The notes below the pieces were generated by a model, which was not told where the DNA came from, did no database searches, and saw only the letters and a list, made by a program, of their open reading frames with translations. From Pseudomonadota bacterium (GTDB taxonomy: Bacteria; Pseudomonadota; Gammaproteobacteria; Burkholderiales; Burkholderiaceae_C), in the NCBI GenBank assembly GCA_040384665.1, contig JAZKIY010000016.1:11334-75333 (forward strand): a stretch of DNA of 64,000 nt, read 5' to 3'. The position numbers and the translations under genes are program-made. Below, piece by piece: positions 53,601-61,705 of this stretch; position 1 is the stretch's first letter; every line of letters starts with the position of its first letter.

Positions 53601-54146
53601 GTCGCGGCAGGAGCCGCTGGCGTTGGTCAGCGTTTCTTCCGGCGACTGCACGCCGGGCTCCATGCGGATCAAATAATTGATGTCGCGCGCCACCTGCTGG
53701 TTCAGGGCAACCAGGAAATCAATGGTGCGGCGGGGTGTGCGGTCGATCGCGTCCAGGTAGGTCTGCAGCATCGGCGTGGCGGGGCCGGTGATCAGGTATG
53801 GCGCGAGTTCCTGCTTCTGCGTTTCGCTGTAGGTGAACGGGAAGGTTTCCGCGTTGGGTTCGAGGAAGAAGTCGAACGGGTCGTAGACCGACATCTCGGC
53901 CACCATGTCCACCGTGACCTTGAACTCGGTGACTTTTTCGGGAAACACCAGCCGAGCCAGGTAGTTGGCAAACGGGTCCTGTTGCCAGTTGATGAAGTGG
54001 CCCACCGGCTCGACCTTGAGCGAATACGAAATGATGTTGCTGCGGCAGTGCGGCGCCGGGCGCAAACGCACCACTTGCGACCCGAGCGTGACCGGTCGGT
54101 CGTACTTGTAGTGGGTGATGTGGCTGAGGGCGGCGTGGATCGACAT
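50604..54146 (-). CDS. large transglutaminase-like protein (Bact_transglu_N + transglutaminase core + DUF2126-type C-terminal region)
   Basis: ATG 54146 gives [18 protein letters not shown]. Catalytic context [27 protein letters not shown] / [22 protein letters not shown]. About 1180 aa. Confidence 0.8.
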   Translation of the reverse strand: [1180 protein letters not shown]

Positions 54147-54282
54147 GCAGTGTTTCCGTGGTTGGAACGACAAAAAGCCAGGCTCTGGTTAACCGGCGCA
54201 GTCGTAGCTTAGCAAGACGCGAGCCATGCCAGTGTGACAGCCTTTGGCCAGCGTGCTTTCATAATGGCCAGCACCGCGTGCC

Positions 54283-56730
54283 ATGCCCCCGCCTTTGAAA
54301 CCGCCTTCCCCCGCCAAGCCGTCCGGCTGGGCTGCGCCCGCCGCGCTGGGGCCGGGCTTGCTGGCGGCGATTGGCGGAGTCGCCTGGCAGTTGCAGCAGG
54401 CGGCGCTCTGGGCTGGCTGGCGGTATGCGGGGTTGGCGTTGGCCGCGTTGGTGCTGCTGGTGTCTGCCTTGCGTTTCACCCGCGCTGGCCACTGGCGCAA
54501 CGGCTGGCTCTGCATCGGCCTGGTGGTGCTCGGTTTCAGCCTGACCGGGGCGCGCGCCAGTCTGCAGGCCCTGGAGCGGCTGGACCCGGCGCTGGAGGGG
54601 CGCGACATCGTGGTCACCGGCTGGGTGGCGGCCATGCCACAGCGCCATGCCAACGGCCTGCGGCTGCGTTTTGCGGTGGACTCGGCCAGCCTCGCCGGGC
54701 AACCGGTGCGCCTGCCGCCGTTGCTGCAACTTGGCTGGTACAGCGGCGCCTGGCGCGCCGAGCCGACCGATGCCCTGGCGCTGCAGCCTTCGCCTCCCGA
54801 GGTGAAGGCCGGTGAGCAGTGGCAGCTGACGGTGCGGCTGAAAGCGCCGCACGGCAACCACAACCCGCACGGGTTTGACTACGAACTGTGGCTGTGGGAC
54901 CAGCAGGTCCATGCCACCGGTTATGTGCGCGCCAGCGCCAAAGACCCCCCACCCCAGCGGCTTGCCAGCAGCTGGCGCTACCCGGTGGAGCAGGCCCGCC
55001 AGCGGGTGCGCGACGCGGTGTTTGTGCAGGTGCCCGACCCCCAGGTCGCGGGCGTGATTGCGGCGCTGGTCACCGGCGACCAGAGCGCCATTGACCGCGC
55101 CGACTGGGACGTCTTCCGTGCCACCGGCGTGGCGCACCTGATGAGCATCTCCGGCCTGCACATAACCATGTTTGCCTGGCTCGCCGCGGCGCTGGTGAAC
55201 GCGCTGTGGCGGCGCAGCGCGCGGCTGTGCCTGTGGCTGCCCGCGCCACACGCCGCGCTGGCGGGTGGCGTGGCGCTGGCGGCGGCCTACGCGCTGTTCA
55301 GCGGCTGGGGGGTGCCAGCCCAGCGCACCGTGTGCATGCTGGCTGTGGCAGCGCTGCTGCGGGCGTCGGGCCGGCACTGGCCGCCCATCACCCGCTGGCT
55401 GCTGGTGATGGCCGTGGTGGTGGCGCTCGACCCCTGGGCCTTGCTGCAGGCCGGTTTCTGGCTCAGTTTTGTCGCCGTGGCGGTGCTGTTTGCTACAAAT
55501 ACAGGAGCTGAATCGCAAGGTTCTACTAAGGCTTGGGGCAGATTTCGTTTAATTTTGAGTGAACAGGCGGTGGTCACGGTCGCTTTGGCACCTTTGACGC
55601 TGCTGTTGTTCGGCCAGGTCTCGCTGGTGGGCATGCTGGCCAACCTGCTGGCGATTCCCTGGGTGACGCTGGTGCTGACGCCGCTGGCCATGGCGGGTGC
55701 GGTGTTCGCGCCCCTCTGGACGCTGGCCGCCGGCGCGACCGACGCGCTGGTGTGGCTGCTGCGGCCCATGGCCGGCTGGCCGTGGGCCACCTATGCCACC
55801 GCGGCCGCGCCATTGTGGGCCGGCGTGGCGGGCCTGGCCGGCGGGGTGCTGCTGGTCTGGCGCTGGCCGTGGCCCTTGCGTGCGCTCGGTCTGCCCCTGT
55901 TGCTGCCAGTGCTGCTGTGGCAGGCGCCACGCCCGGCGCCGGGAGAGTTTGAGCTGCTCGCGGCCGACGTGGGGCAGGGCACCGCCGTGCTGGTGCGCAC
56001 CGCCCGCCACACCCTGGTGTACGACGCCGGCCCGCGTTTTTCGAGCGAGAGCGACGCCGGGCACCGGGTGCTGGTGCCGCTGCTGCGGGCGCTGGACGAG
56101 CGGGTCGACACGCTGGTGTTGAGCCACCGCGACCTGGACCACACCGGCGGCGCCGAAGCCGTGCTGGCCACGCAGCCGCAGGCCCGCCTGCTCAGCTCCA
56201 TCGAAGACCAGCACCCGCTGCAGGCGCTGCGGCCCGCCACCCGCTGCCATGCCGGCCAGCGCTGGGACTGGGATGGGGTGGCATTCGAGGTGCTGCACCC
56301 GCTGGCCGGCGACTACCAGACGCCGCAAAAAAGCAACGCCATGAGCTGTGTGCTGCGCGTGTCCAACGGCCGGCACCATGCGCTGCTGGCCGGCGACATC
56401 GAAGCCGCGCAGGAGGCACGGTTGGTGGCCAGTGGGGCCCCGCTGCAGGCCGATGTGTTGCTGGTGCCGCACCACGGCAGCAAGACATCGTCCACCAGCG
56501 CGTTTCTGGCCCAGGTGTCACCCCGTTTCGCGCTGGTGCAGGCCGCCTACCGCAACCGCTTTGGCCACCCGGCGCCAGCGGTGCTGGCACGTTACGACGC
56601 ACTCGGCATCGCGGTGTTCGACTCGCCCGGCTGCGGCGCCATGGCCTGGCGCTCGGCACAGCCCGCAACGCTGGACTGTCACCGCAATGCCCGGCGCCGC
56701 TACTGGCACCACCACACCGGTGCAGAATGA
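54283..56730 (+). CDS. comEC: DNA internalization-related competence protein ComEC/Rec2
   Basis: Polytopic competence domain (HLMSISGLHITMFAWL) plus a C-terminal MBL domain (LSHRDLDHTGG, LVPHHGSKTS). Confidence 0.8.
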   Translation: MPPPLKPPSPAKPSGWAAPAALGPGLLAAIGGVAWQLQQAALWAGWRYAGLALAALVLLVSALRFTRAGHWRNGWLCIGLVVLGFSLTGARASLQALERLDPALEGRDIVVTGWVAAMPQRHANGLRLRFAVDSASLAGQPVRLPPLLQLGWYSGAWRAEPTDALALQPSPPEVKAGEQWQLTVRLKAPHGNHNPHGFDYELWLWDQQVHATGYVRASAKDPPPQRLASSWRYPVEQARQRVRDAVFVQVPDPQVAGVIAALVTGDQSAIDRADWDVFRATGVAHLMSISGLHITMFAWLAAALVNALWRRSARLCLWLPAPHAALAGGVALAAAYALFSGWGVPAQRTVCMLAVAALLRASGRHWPPITRWLLVMAVVVALDPWALLQAGFWLSFVAVAVLFATNTGAESQGSTKAWGRFRLILSEQAVVTVALAPLTLLLFGQVSLVGMLANLLAIPWVTLVLTPLAMAGAVFAPLWTLAAGATDALVWLLRPMAGWPWATYATAAAPLWAGVAGLAGGVLLVWRWPWPLRALGLPLLLPVLLWQAPRPAPGEFELLAADVGQGTAVLVRTARHTLVYDAGPRFSSESDAGHRVLVPLLRALDERVDTLVLSHRDLDHTGGAEAVLATQPQARLLSSIEDQHPLQALRPATRCHAGQRWDWDGVAFEVLHPLAGDYQTPQKSNAMSCVLRVSNGRHHALLAGDIEAAQEARLVASGAPLQADVLLVPHHGSKTSSTSAFLAQVSPRFALVQAAYRNRFGHPAPAVLARYDALGIAVFDSPGCGAMAWRSAQPATLDCHRNARRRYWHHHTGAE
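55492..55561 (+). repeat. low-GC palindromic element, copy C (forward), inside comEC
   Basis: Hairpin gctacaaatacaggagc plus core ggagctgaatcgcaaggttctactaaggcttgg (55504-55536). Confidence 0.8.
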
Positions 56731-56816
56731 GCGTCTGATGCCCCGGAAGCGCGTCGCCCACCCGCCACACGGCATGGGCCTGAAACTTGCTAAGCTGTGA
56801 ACAGGAGATTGCGCAG

Positions 56817-58280
56817 ATGCAGAAATTCGACGAGATGTACACCGCCTTGCCCTACAAGTTCTTCACGGACGGCAAGGAGATCCGGGACCATTACAAAATC
56901 TACGACGCCTGGCTGGCCAAGCAGCCCGGCGACATGATGCGCAAGCGGCGCGAAGAAGCGGAAATGATCTTCCGCCGCGTTGGCATCACCTTTGCCGTTT
57001 ACGGCGCCAAAGAAGAAGACGCCGACAACGGTGGCACCGAGCGGCTGATCCCGTTCGACTTGATCCCGCGCGTGATCCCCGCCGCCGAATGGCAGGCGAT
57101 GGAAAAAGGCCTGGTGCAACGTGTCACCGCACTCAACCGTTTCCTGCACGACGTCTACCACGACCAGGAAATCATCAAGGCCGGCCTGATCCCCGCCGAG
57201 CAGTTGCTCAACAACGCCCAGTTCCGCCCCGAGATGGTGGGGGTGGACGTGCCGAACCAGACCTACTCGCACATCGCCGGGGTGGACATCGTGCGTGCCG
57301 CCAACGCCCAGGGCGGCGGCGAGTATTACGTGCTGGAAGACAACCTGCGCGTGCCCAGCGGCGTGAGCTACATGCTGGAAAACCGCAAGATGATGATGCG
57401 GCTGTTCCCCGACCTGTTCAACCAGCACCAGGTGGCACCGGTGGCCCACTACCCCGACCTGTTGCTGGAAACGCTGCGGGCCTCGGCCCCACCCGCCACC
57501 GCCGACCCGACCGTGGTGGTGCTCACCCCCGGCATGTACAACAGCGCCTACTTCGAGCACGCCTTCCTGGCCCAGCAAATGGGCGTGGAGCTGGTCGAGG
57601 GCCAGGACCTGCTGGTCAAGGACGATTTCGTCTACATGCGCACCACCCGGGGCCCGAAGCGGGTGGACGTGATCTACCGCCGGCTGGACGACGACTTCCT
57701 TGACCCCGAGGTGTTCCGCCCCACGTCCACGCTCGGCTGTGCGGGGTTGATGCGCGCCTACCGCGCCGGCAACGTCACCATCTGCAACGCGGTGGGCACC
57801 GGCGTGGCGGACGACAAGTCGGTCTACCCCTACGTGCCCAAGATGATCGAGTTCTACCTCGGTGAAAAGCCGATCCTGAACAACGTGCCGACCTACATGT
57901 GCCGCAACAAGGACGAGCTGGCCTACACCCTGGACAACCTGAAAGACCTGGTGGTGAAAGAGGTGCACGGCGCGGGCGGCTACGGCATGCTGGTCGGCCC
58001 GGCCGCCACCACCGCCGAGATCGAAGACTTCCGCAAGGCGCTGCTCGCCAACCCGAGCGGCTACATCGCCCAGCCCACGTTGAGCCTGTCGAGCTGCCCG
58101 ACCTTTGTGGAGAGCGGCATTGCGCCACGCCACATCGACCTGCGCCCCTTTGTGCTCAGCGGCAAAGAGGTGCAGATGGTGCCCGGCGGCCTGACCCGTG
58201 TGGCGCTGAAAGAAGGCTCTCTGGTGGTCAACTCGTCACAGGGCGGTGGCACCAAAGACACCTGGATCCTGGAAGTCTGA
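56817..58280 (+). CDS. circularly permuted type-2 ATP-grasp protein
   Basis: ATG 56817 after AGGAG. MQKFDEMY...EAEMIFRRVGITFAVYG...ERLIPFDLIPRVI matches the family pattern. Confidence 0.85.
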   Translation: MQKFDEMYTALPYKFFTDGKEIRDHYKIYDAWLAKQPGDMMRKRREEAEMIFRRVGITFAVYGAKEEDADNGGTERLIPFDLIPRVIPAAEWQAMEKGLVQRVTALNRFLHDVYHDQEIIKAGLIPAEQLLNNAQFRPEMVGVDVPNQTYSHIAGVDIVRAANAQGGGEYYVLEDNLRVPSGVSYMLENRKMMMRLFPDLFNQHQVAPVAHYPDLLLETLRASAPPATADPTVVVLTPGMYNSAYFEHAFLAQQMGVELVEGQDLLVKDDFVYMRTTRGPKRVDVIYRRLDDDFLDPEVFRPTSTLGCAGLMRAYRAGNVTICNAVGTGVADDKSVYPYVPKMIEFYLGEKPILNNVPTYMCRNKDELAYTLDNLKDLVVKEVHGAGGYGMLVGPAATTAEIEDFRKALLANPSGYIAQPTLSLSSCPTFVESGIAPRHIDLRPFVLSGKEVQMVPGGLTRVALKEGSLVVNSSQGGGTKDTWILEV

Positions 58281-58310
58281 CGCGGTCACCAAGAACAAAA
58301 AGGAATCACG

Positions 58311-59270
58311 ATGCTTTCACGAACCGCCGACCATTTGTTCTGGATGTCGCGCTACACCGAGCGCGCCGAAAACACCGCGCGCATGCTCGATGTGAACTAC
58401 CAGACCGCGCTGTTGCCCCAGTCCACGGCCGTGGCAGAACTCGGCTGGAAAGGCCTGCTGAGTATCAGCGAGCTGCTGCCGGCCTACAAGGCCAAACACG
58501 AGAACTTCAAGTCGTCTGAAGTGATGGAATTCATGGTGCGCGACGAAAGCAACCCGTCGAGCATCATTTCCTGCCTGCGCGCCGCCCGCGAGAACGCCCG
58601 CGCCGTGCGCGGCACCCTCACCACCGAGGTCTGGGAGACGCAAAACCAGACTTGGCTCGAGCTGAACCGCATGTTGCGTTCCGGCGAATTCGAGAGCGAC
58701 CCGGCGCAGTTTTTCGAGTGGGTGAAGTTCCGCTCGCACCTGTCGCGCGGCGTGACGGTGGGCACGATGCTGATGGACGAGGCGCTGTACTTCATGCGCC
58801 TCGGCACCTTCCTGGAGCGGGCCGACAACACCGCCCGGCTGGTGGACGTGAAGTTTCACGCCCTGCAGAGCGACTTTTATGGCGCCGCCAGCGAAAAAGA
58901 CCAAGAGTACGACTTCTACCACTGGAGCGCGATTTTGCGCAGCGTCTCCGGCTTCGAAATCTACCGCAAGGTCTACCGCGACGTGATCAAACCCGAACGG
59001 GTGGCCGAACTGCTGATTTTGCGGCCCGACATGCCGCGTTCGCTGCACGCCAGCCTGAACGAGGTGGTTGGCAACCTGGCCATGGTGGCGGGCGAACCGG
59101 CCAGCGAAACCCTGCGCCGGGCCGGCAAACTGCGTGCCGAGCTGCAGTACGGCCGCATCGACGAAATCCTGGCCACCGGCCTGCACGCCTTCCTGACGCA
59201 GTTCCTGGACCGCGTCAACGAGCTGGGCATGCACGTCAGCCGTGAATTTTTGCTGCCGGCGGCCCACTAA
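58311..59270 (+). CDS. alpha-E domain protein
   Basis: The MLSRTADHLFWMSRYTERAENTARMLDV N-terminus is the alpha-E signature. AAGGAA RBS, 30 nt after the ATP-grasp gene. Confidence 0.8.
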   Translation: MLSRTADHLFWMSRYTERAENTARMLDVNYQTALLPQSTAVAELGWKGLLSISELLPAYKAKHENFKSSEVMEFMVRDESNPSSIISCLRAARENARAVRGTLTTEVWETQNQTWLELNRMLRSGEFESDPAQFFEWVKFRSHLSRGVTVGTMLMDEALYFMRLGTFLERADNTARLVDVKFHALQSDFYGAASEKDQEYDFYHWSAILRSVSGFEIYRKVYRDVIKPERVAELLILRPDMPRSLHASLNEVVGNLAMVAGEPASETLRRAGKLRAELQYGRIDEILATGLHAFLTQFLDRVNELGMHVSREFLLPAAH

Positions 59271-59306
59271 AGGGCGGGCTGGCGGCCAACGCCAGCGACA
59301 ATGGGC

Positions 59307-59335
59307 TTGATATCAGGGTCTTCCCCGGGTACAAT
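59307..59335 (+). promoter_or_regulatory. candidate sigma-70 promoter of the rimP-nusA-infB operon
   Basis: TTGATA, an exact 17-nt spacer, then TACAAT. Confidence 0.45.
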
Positions 59336-59350
59336 GCGCACTTCACGACC

Positions 59351-59382
59351 AAACGGGCGGGTATTTACCGCCCGTTTTTTTT
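59351..59382 (+). terminator. intrinsic terminator-like hairpin in the rimP leader
   Basis: aaacgggcgg-gtattta-ccgcccgttt followed by a run of 8 T. Lies ~15 nt downstream of the candidate -10 and ~60 nt upstream of rimP. Confidence 0.7.
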
Positions 59383-59439
59383 GGCCGATCGTTTTTCACA
59401 CCGCGTGTTTTTCACGCGATTCCGGGGTTCAACCAGACA

Positions 59440-60063
59440 GTGGCACTGCAGCAAATCGTCGAGCAAACCGTGGCCGGCTTCGGCTATGACCTGATTGAGG
59501 TGGAACGTTCCGCCGGGGGCTTGCTGCGCATCACGATCGATTTGCCCTGGGTCGCCGGCGTCGAGCAGTTTGTGACGGTGGAAGACTGCGAGAAAGTCAC
59601 GCGCCAGCTGCAGTTTGCGCTGGAGGTTGACGGGGTGGTGTACCAGCGTCTGGAAGTGTCGTCGCCCGGGATTGACCGGCCTTTGCGGCACGCACAGGAC
59701 TTTGAGCGTTTTGTGGGCGAGGTGGTGGACATCACGCTGAAGGCGCCGATCGGCAGCGCGGCGGTGGCGGCGTCCAACGCGGCAGCGGGCCTGGCCGGTG
59801 TGGTTGAGCCGGGCGCCACAGTGCCCGCCGGCTACGTGAACGCCAACCGCAAGAAGTTTCGTGGCACGCTGGAAAAAACAGAGGCTGGCTGGCAGGTGGT
59901 CTGGAGCGATGCGCCGCAAGCCAAGCCAGGTCAGAAAGTCAGCCGCAAGCGCAGCCCGGTGCCGATGAGTGCCCTGGGCTTCACGCTGGAAGAGATACGC
60001 GACGCGCGGCTGGCGCCGATTGTGGACTTCAAGGGCCGCAGGCCCAAGGACGTGGCCGAATGA
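59440..60063 (+). CDS. rimP: ribosome maturation factor RimP
   Basis: GTG 59440. ...VAGFGYDLIEVERSAGGLLRITID... and YQRLEVSSPGIDRPL motifs. Directly precedes nusA. Confidence 0.8.
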   Translation: MALQQIVEQTVAGFGYDLIEVERSAGGLLRITIDLPWVAGVEQFVTVEDCEKVTRQLQFALEVDGVVYQRLEVSSPGIDRPLRHAQDFERFVGEVVDITLKAPIGSAAVAASNAAAGLAGVVEPGATVPAGYVNANRKKFRGTLEKTEAGWQVVWSDAPQAKPGQKVSRKRSPVPMSALGFTLEEIRDARLAPIVDFKGRRPKDVAE

Positions 60064-60178
60064 TGGCGCAGCGCAACAACGTGCCCGGTGATGCACCGGG
60101 ACAAACCCAAAACGCAGTTCGGGTCGGTGCCGGTGGCAACGCCGGACGGTCCGCAGATTTAGACAGGAGTGCAGTGGC

Positions 60179-61681
60179 ATGAATCGCGAAATGTTGATGT
60201 TGGTGGATGCCATCTCGCGCGAAAAAAGCGTCGAACGCGACGTGGTGTTCGCAGCGGTGGAGTCGGCGCTGGCGCAGGCCACGAAAAAGCTCTATGCCGG
60301 CGACGTGGACATCCGCGTCGCGGTGGACCGCGACAGCGGCAGCTACGAAACCTTCCGCCGCTGGCTGGTGGTGCCCGACGAGGCCGGCCTGCAGAACCCG
60401 GACGCCGAAGAGCTGCTGATGGACGCCAAGGAACGCATCGCCGATGTGGAAGAGGGCGAGTACATCGAAGAAGGCGTCGAGTCGGTGCCGATTGGCCGCA
60501 TTGGCGCCATGGCCGCCAAGCAGGTCATTCTGCAAAAAATCCGCGACGCCGAACGCGAGATGCTGCTGAACGACTTCATGTCGCGCGGCGACAATATTTT
60601 TGTCGGCACCGTCAAGCGCCTCGACAAGGGCGATCTGATCGTTGAAAGCGGCCGGGTTGAAGGCCGCCTCAAGCGCAGCGAGATGATCCCGAAAGAAAAC
60701 CTGCGCACCGGCGACCGGGTGCGGGCCATGATCATGTCGGTGGACCTGACCTTGCGTGGCGCGCCGATTTTGTTGTCGCGCAGCGCACCCGAGTACATGA
60801 CGGAGCTGTTCAAGCACGAGGTGCCCGAGATCGAACAGGGCCTGCTGGAGATCAAGTCCTGCGCCCGTGACCCCGGTTCGCGCGCCAAGATCGCGGTGCT
60901 GAGCCACGACAAACGGGTTGACCCCATCGGCACCTGCGTCGGTGTGCGCGGCACCCGCGTCAACTCGGTCACCAACGAACTGGCCGGCGAACGCGTCGAC
61001 ATCGTGCTGTGGAGCGAAGACCCGGCGCAGTTTGTGATTGGCGCATTGGCCCCGGCCAACGTGTCGTCCATCGTGGTGGACGAAGAGCGCCACGCGATGG
61101 ACGTGGTGGTGGACGAGGAAAACCTCGCCATCGCCATTGGCCGTGGCGGCCAGAACGTGCGCCTGGCGTCCGAGCTGACCGGCTGGAAGATCAACATCAT
61201 GGACGCCACCGAGTCGGCGCAGAAGAACGCCGACGAAACCGGTTCGATCCGCGCCCTGTTCACCGAGAAGCTCGACGTGGACGAGGAAGTGGCCGACATC
61301 CTGATCGCCGAAGGCTTCACCAGCCTGGAAGAAGTGGCCTACGTGCCGATCCAGGAAATGCTGGAAATCGAGAGCTTTGACGAAGACACGGTGAACGAAC
61401 TCCGTGCCCGCGCCAAGGACGTGCTGCTGACACTGGAAATCGCCAAGGAAGAGGGTGTTGAAACCGTTTCCCAGGCGCTGCGCGACATCGAGGGCCTGAC
61501 GCCCGAACTGATCGCCCAACTCACCGAGGCGGGCGTGCACAGCCGCGACGACCTGGCCGACCTGGCCACGGACGAACTCACCGACATCACCGGCCAGACT
61601 GCGGAAGAGGCCACCGCCCTGATCATGACCGCTCGCGCGCACTGGTTTACCAGTGACGCCGACGAAGAGTCTGGGTCATGA
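60179..61681 (+). CDS. nusA: transcription termination/antitermination factor NusA
   Basis: [19 protein letters not shown]-terminus, S1 and KH domains ([25 protein letters not shown]), and a C-terminal acidic repeat. Confidence 0.95.
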   Translation: MNREMLMLVDAISREKSVERDVVFAAVESALAQATKKLYAGDVDIRVAVDRDSGSYETFRRWLVVPDEAGLQNPDAEELLMDAKERIADVEEGEYIEEGVESVPIGRIGAMAAKQVILQKIRDAEREMLLNDFMSRGDNIFVGTVKRLDKGDLIVESGRVEGRLKRSEMIPKENLRTGDRVRAMIMSVDLTLRGAPILLSRSAPEYMTELFKHEVPEIEQGLLEIKSCARDPGSRAKIAVLSHDKRVDPIGTCVGVRGTRVNSVTNELAGERVDIVLWSEDPAQFVIGALAPANVSSIVVDEERHAMDVVVDEENLAIAIGRGGQNVRLASELTGWKINIMDATESAQKNADETGSIRALFTEKLDVDEEVADILIAEGFTSLEEVAYVPIQEMLEIESFDEDTVNELRARAKDVLLTLEIAKEEGVETVSQALRDIEGLTPELIAQLTEAGVHSRDDLADLATDELTDITGQTAEEATALIMTARAHWFTSDADEESGS

Positions 61682-61705
61682 AGGCCATCACCAGGAACGC
61701 CAGAT

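Noticed and set aside
50619-54212. 1197-aa plus-strand ORF
   Set aside because: It is exactly antisense to the DUF2126 transglutaminase gene. The product is low-complexity and A/G/R/V/H-rich with no recognisable motifs. This is a typical shadow ORF of high-GC DNA.
56738-56800. 20-codon ORF (MPRKRVAHPPHGMGLKLAKL) upstream of the second ATP-grasp gene, considered as a precursor peptide
   Set aside because: It overlaps the comEC 3' end region in another frame, has no RBS, and contains nothing peptide-precursor-like. It is most likely chance.
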